Origin: Nitrospirales bacterium
Lineage (GTDB): Bacteria > Nitrospirota > Nitrospiria > Nitrospirales > UBA8639
Assembly: GCA_963555755.3 (NCBI GenBank)
Contig: OY820905.2
Coordinates: forward strand, 3,520,001 to 3,584,000
DNA length: 64,000 nucleotides
Direction of reading: 5' to 3'
Shown here in pieces: positions 63,531 through 64,000 of the stretch (position 1 is the stretch's first letter; every line of letters begins with the position of its first letter). The translations under genes were made by a program, and so were the position numbers. The notes under the pieces were generated by a model that saw only the letters and a list, made by a program, of their open reading frames with translations, did no database searches and was not told the origin of the DNA.

Positions 63531-64000
63531 TTAGTCAAACTCTCTCACGCGTTGAATGCCCACGGCCTTGCCGGTATTGGGATCACACTCAATCAGCGCG
63601 GCGCTAAGCACGGCGGGTCCGGTGGCGACTTCAAACCGGCGAGGCATCTGCGTGAGAAATTTTTCAATGACAAGATCTTTCTTGAATCCAATGATGGAAT
63701 GGACCGGCCCAGTCATGCCGATATCAGTCAGATAGGCCGTCCCTTTGGGCAGGATCTGTTCATCAGCTGTTTGAACATGGGTATGGGTGCCAACCACCGC
63801 GGTCACTTGACCATCCAAAAAATGACCCATGGCCATTTTCTCTGATGTAGTTTCGGCATGCATATCGACGATGATCGTCTTGGTTCGTTCTCGAAGTTTG
63901 CCCACCTCCCGTCTTGCAACTTGGAACGGACAATCCAGTGCCGGCATGAAGGCTCGCCCCATCACTTGAAGAATGCCAACGGTCTCACCACTCGGCAAAT
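63531..64000 (-). CDS. YmdB/TIGR00282 metallophosphoesterase, 5' end beyond the window
   Basis: DMHAETTSEK, VVGTHTHVQTAD, TDIGMTG. Confidence 0.92.
   Translation of the reverse strand, partial: LPSGETVGILQVMGRAFMPALDCPFQVARREVGKLRERTKTIIVDMHAETTSEKMAMGHFLDGQVTAVVGTHTHVQTADEQILPKGTAYLTDIGMTGPVHSIIGFKKDLVIEKFLTQMPRRFEVATGPAVLSAALIECDPNTGKAVGIQRVREFD

Overview
Bacterial chromosomal window; the gene content and repeat style suggest a Nitrospira-like (Nitrospirales) organism, which is an inference. (1) 1-12.6 kb: an inorganic-carbon uptake and signalling block. It holds a DabA/DUF2309 gene that runs off the left edge and is missing from the ORF track, a divergent DUF2294/MpsC gene, a small sigma54-driven ORF, a SulP/BicA transporter, a heme-c protein, a CHASE3 histidine kinase, an NtrC-type regulator and a class III cyclase-PilZ protein. 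The dabA and sulP leaders share a structured RNA motif that ends in an intrinsic terminator; this candidate carbon-responsive attenuator or riboswitch is the best lead for a new system. (2) 12.8-33 kb: a mobile-element hotspot. It has an IS256 inserted in a MITE, a secretin gene split by a 6.8-kb ISAs1 composite transposon (9-bp TSD), a group II intron beside a damaged csrA-like gene, IS481/IS256 remnants, an integrase-type IS, and two IS4 copies in the two arms of a REP-like pair around a RAYT remnant. (3) 33-64 kb: housekeeping genes (full dcw cluster without mraZ, asnS, tlyA, xseAB, ymdB-like), with palindromic miniature repeats in most intergenic gaps and a 13 x 17-bp tandem array at the xseA stop.
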